Positions 60,084 through 64,000 of a stretch of DNA of 64,000 nt are shown one piece after another. The notes under the pieces are model-generated. The model searched no databases. It was not told where the DNA came from and saw only the letters and a list, made by a program, of their open reading frames with translations. Source of the DNA: Flavobacteriales bacterium. Its GTDB lineage: Bacteria; Bacteroidota; Bacteroidia; Flavobacteriales_F; PHOS-HE28. Position 1 is the first letter of the stretch; each line of letters starts with the position of its first letter. The stretch lies in contig JACJZI010000014.1 of the NCBI GenBank assembly GCA_020635655.1, positions 622 to 64,621 of the forward strand, in the 5' to 3' direction. The translations under genes and the position numbers were made by a program.

Positions 60084-60953
60084 TCAGAAATGGAATTGGG
60101 CGCCAAGTGCTGCGGAATACTCGTAATAAAGGAAGTTCTGGCGGGCCCTGTCCTGGGAACCGCCGGTGGTGAGCACGCTGGGAAGATCGATCCAGCCCGC
60201 ACGCGCCGTGATGCGGAGGAAGACATGCCGGAAGACCGTGACGTGCAGCCCCGCCTGCGCACCGATCCCGAACCCGGCCAGGTGGAACTTATTGTTGATG
60301 CCCTCCCCGAACAGTCGCACGTCAGAGCGGGGGATCACGGGTCCGGCATGCGCGCCTTCGAACGCATGCACCATGAACCGCCCATCGGTGCCGCACCAGA
60401 GCGGATCAAATCGGTCCAGGTCGATGCTCAACAGGTTCAGGCCGTCGCTGTGCTCGTACCGCAAAAGGTCCGGAGCGACCTCCACCGGACCGTCGATATC
60501 GTCCCCTGCATACGTATCCGATCGTTCCGCGCTCACCTGGCCCGTCATGCGCACGGTCTGGCCCGGGGCCACGAAGTACTTCATGTGGTCCAGTCCGAGA
60601 GACAGCGTGTAGCGTTCCCGGAACGACCAGCCCAACCGGTAGTTGTACTGCGGCACCCACATGGTGCTGGGCGAGAAGTAGGTCTTGGCGTCGAAGTCCA
60701 CGGCACGGTCCGTCGCCCGGACGTCGTGGAGCGTGAACGAATAGCCGGGACCATTGAAATGGATGTCACTGGTGCCATAGCCCGCCCGGTTGTAGCCCCA
60801 ATAAAGGAACAGTGAGCCCTTCGGCATGGGCGATCGCGGCCCGATGGCGACGACCGACAATGGCAGCCAAAGGGAAAGCAGGCCGATCGATCGAACGGTC
60901 GGTCGATCGATGAACGCGATCGCGTGGCGAATTGCAGCGGTCGTGCGCGTCAT
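60084..60953 (-). CDS. Putative outer-membrane beta-barrel protein, family not recognised
   Basis: About 289 aa from MTRTTAAIRH; the start is uncertain. The hydrophobic leader is LLSLWLPLSVVAIG. The rest shows alternating beta-strand-like patterning. The C-terminus ...YEYSAALGAQFHF has the terminal aromatic typical of an OMP. Confidence 0.55.
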   Translation of the reverse strand: MTRTTAAIRHAIAFIDRPTVRSIGLLSLWLPLSVVAIGPRSPMPKGSLFLYWGYNRAGYGTSDIHFNGPGYSFTLHDVRATDRAVDFDAKTYFSPSTMWVPQYNYRLGWSFRERYTLSLGLDHMKYFVAPGQTVRMTGQVSAERSDTYAGDDIDGPVEVAPDLLRYEHSDGLNLLSIDLDRFDPLWCGTDGRFMVHAFEGAHAGPVIPRSDVRLFGEGINNKFHLAGFGIGAQAGLHVTVFRHVFLRITARAGWIDLPSVLTTGGSQDRARQNFLYYEYSAALGAQFHF

Positions 60954-61166
60954 GGGAACACCTGAAGGGCCGCATCCGGATACGTTGGCACCCTTTCGGG
61001 GCCGGGATCGGCATCGTGCTTGCTTGCATGCGGCATGCGCGACAGCAGCATGGAAGATGGATCCCGGCACACACGCAGGAGCCGCCTGATCTGGTGGCTC
61101 GCCCTGGCCGTGTCGCTCGGTGGTCTCATGGCCTTGTGCGCGATGAGCGGTTCCTGACCATCGCGC

Positions 61167-63929
61167 TCAGTCCAAGCCGAGTTCGATCTGCTTGCCCGGT
61201 GAGTAGCCGATCAATGGGTCGTCCGGGTCACGATCGATATCATCCGACGCCTGCATCCGTTTGAACCGCTTCACCGGCGACTCCTCCAGCCCTTCCATCT
61301 CGGGAGGGTCCAGGTTCCCGATCTCGTCCTCGCTGATCAACATGCCCTGCACCTCCTCCAACTCCGGGGTCATCGGCACGAACACGGGATCGAGCAGTTC
61401 CAGGTCCTTCACCTTGTATGGGGTCAGACGATTGCCCAAGGCCTTCACGCCCTTGACCGCGATCAGCTCCTCCAGGTCGACGACCTCCTCCGGTCGATCG
61501 TTGCTGCGCTTGTCGAAACCGATCCGCACATGCGGATGCGCGACCAGACTGTGCAATGCCAGCTTGCTGTCCGCGTGTTCGGTGATGAAGCGCACCGGGT
61601 CCCTGGCCGGTTCGGTCAGGAAGCGTTTCACCTGGTACTGCTGCTTCTCTCCCTCCCAATAGATCGCGGACAGCGCCGCCTTGGGATCCCATTTGACGAC
61701 CGTGATCGCCTCGTCGGGGAAATGCGTGTTCAGCGAGAACGGGAACAGTTGATAGCTTCCCGAGGACAACACACAGAGCACCCGATCATCTCCGGAAAAA
61801 CGTCCCAGATAGCGGCCATGACCGGTGTCGTTCAGGCGACGGACCGTTTCATCGAACCAGATGGGGATGGCGCCGAGCGTACTGCCTCCGCGCTCCCTCT
61901 GTGTGATCTTCGCGACCATGTGCCGGGTGAGCAGGTTGCCCTTGCTGCTCCTCCCTTTCACGGCCAACTTGCCCAGGTCGATGTCGAATTTGGTCTTGCG
62001 CAGGTTGGGACGGGGGCGCAGCTGCACCTGCACCACTTCGGCCGCGCCATCCGGGTTGGCGGTGAAATAGACCACGTGCGAACCCGCCGTGCCGTTCGTG
62101 AGGTCGTACTCCTTGTCGCGCGTGATGCCGGTGACCGCGAACCGCTTCATGAAGTAGGCGCCCTTGGTACCGTCCTGGTAGATCAAGTGATAGATCGTGC
62201 GGTCGTCCCCCTTTTTCCAAACACCGGCATGCAGGATGCCCTTGCCCACGAACTTCTTGTCGGCCACCTTGGTCACCACCATGGTCCCGTTGTCGCGGAA
62301 GACGATGATGTCATCGATATCGGAGCACTCATCGACCTGCTCGAAGTTGCGGAGCCCCCACCCGATGAAGCCTTCCGCCCTGTCCACATAGAGCTTGCGG
62401 TTGGCCACGGCCACCTTGGTCGCCACGATGGTGTCGAACGTGCGCAGTTCGGTCCTGCGCTCCCGGCCGGCACCGTACTTCTTCTTCAGCTCCTTGAAGT
62501 AGTCCACCGCGTGGTCCACGAGGTGGTCCAGCTTGTGGCGCACCTCGGCCAGCTGGTCCTCCAGGCCCTTGATGTGCGCGTCGGCACGGAAGCTGTCGAA
62601 CTTGCTGATGCGCTTGATCTTGATCTCGGTGAGCCGCACCACGTCCTCGTCGGTCACGGCCCGCTTCAGCATCTGGACGTGCGGCCTGAGGCCCTTGTGG
62701 ATGAAGGCGATGACCTCCTCCCAGGTCTCGGCCTCCTCGATGCGCCGATACACCTTCTTCTCGATGAAGATCCGCTCCAGCGAACTGAAATGCCACTGTT
62801 CCTCGAGCTCGTCCCTGCGGATCTCCAGCTCGGTCCGGAGCAGGTCCAGCGTGTGCTGGGTGCTGATCTTGAGCAGTTCGTTCACGCTGACGAAGCGCGG
62901 CCTCTCCAGACCGTCCTCGCCGATCTCGATCACGGTGGCGTTCGGTGCGATGCTCAGTTCGCAGTCGCTGAACGCATAGAGCGCATCGATCGTGGTGTCG
63001 GGTGACACGCCCGCGGGCAGGTGGATGATGATCTCCGCGTTCTCGGCGGTATTGTCCTCGATGTGCCGGACCTTCAGCTTGCCCTTGTCGTTGGCCTTGA
63101 TGATGCTCTCGATCAGGCCGGTCGTCGTGGTACCGAAAGGCACTTCCGTGATCACCAGCGTCCGGTTGTCCTCCTTGCGGATCCGGGCGCGCACCCGCAC
63201 GCGACCGCCACGCTGCCCCTCGTTGTACTGCTCGACGTCGGCCATGCCTCCCGTCGGGAAGTCGGGCAACACCTGCGCACGCTTTCCCCGAAGCACGGCG
63301 ATGCTCGCGTCGATCAGCTCGTTGAAGTTGTGCGGGAGCACCTTGCAGCTCAGGCCGACGGCGATCCCCTCGCCGCCCTGGGCCAGCAACAACGGGAACT
63401 TCACCGGCAGATGCACCGGTTCCTTGTTGCGGCCGTCGTAGCTCATCTGCCAGGCCGTGGTCTTGGGATTGAAGACCACGTTCAGCGCGAACTTGCTGAG
63501 CCGTGCCTCGATGTAGCGCGGGGCGGCGGCGCTGTCGCCCGTGAGGATGTTCCCCCAGTTGCCCTGCGCATCGATCAGGAGGTCCTTCTGTCCCAATTGC
63601 ACCAGCGCATCGCCGATGCTCGCGTCCCCATGCGGATGGTACTGCATGGTGTGCCCGATGATGTTCGCCACCTTGTTGTAGCGGCCATCATCCAGTTCCT
63701 TCATCGCGTGCAGGATCCGGCGTTGCACGGGTTTCAGGCCGTCGGCGAGCGCAGGTACGGCGCGCTCCAGGATCACGTAGCTGGCATAGTCCAGGAACCA
63801 GTCGCGGTACATGCCGCTCACGGAGAAGGTGCCGCCACCCGTTCCCGGCACGTTGCGGTGCTCGCCGTTCTCGCCCGCTCCTTCTTGGTCCGTTCCTTCG
63901 GGTTCGTCGCTCATTCCACCAGTGTACAA
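61167..63929 (-). CDS. parC: DNA topoisomerase IV subunit A (GyrA/ParC family)
   Basis: About 915-920 aa. Matching regions are YASYVILERAVPALADGLKPVQRRILHAM, MQYHPHGDASI and the catalytic-Tyr region AAAPRYIEARLSKFA. The long C-terminal beta-pinwheel region and acidic tail fit the Bacteroidota ParC-like form. The start is ATG 63929 or 63914. Confidence 0.88.
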   Translation of the reverse strand: MYTGGMSDEPEGTDQEGAGENGEHRNVPGTGGGTFSVSGMYRDWFLDYASYVILERAVPALADGLKPVQRRILHAMKELDDGRYNKVANIIGHTMQYHPHGDASIGDALVQLGQKDLLIDAQGNWGNILTGDSAAAPRYIEARLSKFALNVVFNPKTTAWQMSYDGRNKEPVHLPVKFPLLLAQGGEGIAVGLSCKVLPHNFNELIDASIAVLRGKRAQVLPDFPTGGMADVEQYNEGQRGGRVRVRARIRKEDNRTLVITEVPFGTTTTGLIESIIKANDKGKLKVRHIEDNTAENAEIIIHLPAGVSPDTTIDALYAFSDCELSIAPNATVIEIGEDGLERPRFVSVNELLKISTQHTLDLLRTELEIRRDELEEQWHFSSLERIFIEKKVYRRIEEAETWEEVIAFIHKGLRPHVQMLKRAVTDEDVVRLTEIKIKRISKFDSFRADAHIKGLEDQLAEVRHKLDHLVDHAVDYFKELKKKYGAGRERRTELRTFDTIVATKVAVANRKLYVDRAEGFIGWGLRNFEQVDECSDIDDIIVFRDNGTMVVTKVADKKFVGKGILHAGVWKKGDDRTIYHLIYQDGTKGAYFMKRFAVTGITRDKEYDLTNGTAGSHVVYFTANPDGAAEVVQVQLRPRPNLRKTKFDIDLGKLAVKGRSSKGNLLTRHMVAKITQRERGGSTLGAIPIWFDETVRRLNDTGHGRYLGRFSGDDRVLCVLSSGSYQLFPFSLNTHFPDEAITVVKWDPKAALSAIYWEGEKQQYQVKRFLTEPARDPVRFITEHADSKLALHSLVAHPHVRIGFDKRSNDRPEEVVDLEELIAVKGVKALGNRLTPYKVKDLELLDPVFVPMTPELEEVQGMLISEDEIGNLDPPEMEGLEESPVKRFKRMQASDDIDRDPDDPLIGYSPGKQIELGLD

Positions 63930-64000
63930 CAGATCGTTTCAGGACGCCCATAGCTCAGGTCGTTCGACAAACGGAGCTGCAAGCAGAGCTCCTGCCCCAC

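Noticed and set aside
60830-60923. Apparent excess of the palindrome GCGATCGC (cyanobacterial HIP1-like) and of GATC/CGATCG in general. My manual scan found about 10 GCGATCGC sites: near 5010, 17872, 18111, 28596, 35717, 36864, 52139, 59497, 60830 and 60916. My rough zero-order estimate, assuming about 63 % G+C, expects about 2.
   Set aside because: All sites are inside coding sequence, and the octamer is what preferred codons produce (GCG-ATC-GCx for Ala-Ile-Ala, xGC-GAT-CGC for Asp-Arg). The density is far below true HIP1 genomes, and my count is by eye. A codon-shuffled expectation over the whole genome would be needed before calling it a signal.

Overview
This is a 64-kb chromosomal segment, roughly 60-65 % G+C by eye. 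I assign it to Bacteroidota for four reasons. (1) Four large cargo proteins carry type IX secretion (T9SS) C-terminal sorting domains, two type A and two type B. (2) The window contains batD/batE-like genes, a bTHX ribosomal protein and a divergent tamB/tsaD pair. (3) No Shine-Dalgarno sequences are visible. (4) The Bacteroidota -7 promoter box TAnnTTTG sits just upstream of many starts.

Gene content: I call about 50 CDS and 4 tRNAs (Arg-TCT, Ser-GCT, Pro-TGG, Met-CAT). No rRNA, CRISPR array, transposase, integrase, prophage or recognisable defence system was seen. Most of the window is housekeeping: thiolase, clpB, ilvE, recQ-family helicase, 3-methyladenine glycosylase, fmt, HU, trmH-like, pdxH, ribBA, tsaD, parC, an LptF/G permease, two GT4 glycosyltransferases and tamB.

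The accessory-looking part is one minus-strand block at 27.7-14.8 kb. It holds two tandem giant paralogous adhesin-like proteins (1670 and 1459 aa, SBBP-type propeller plus Ig-like modules plus type B T9SS domain). These are followed within 25 nt by an ECF sigma factor, a FecR anti-sigma factor, and an STN-domain outer-membrane protein. That last protein appears to lack a TonB-dependent plug and barrel and instead carries about 15 copies of a 16-residue Gly/Gln/Asn repeat. A TonB-dependent receptor with no signalling domain lies next door. This block is my best candidate for undescribed biology, but that judgement rests on by-eye domain recognition.

Smaller oddities:
- A bTHX ribosomal protein extended by a 36-nt tandem repeat encoding (AAPKKKAAAKKK)n.
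- A START-like protein with a ~200-aa basic disordered N-terminal extension.
- A secreted beta-helix protein whose C-terminus is neither T9SS domain type.

The many long ORFs antisense to real genes in the track are GC-driven shadow ORFs, and I rejected them.
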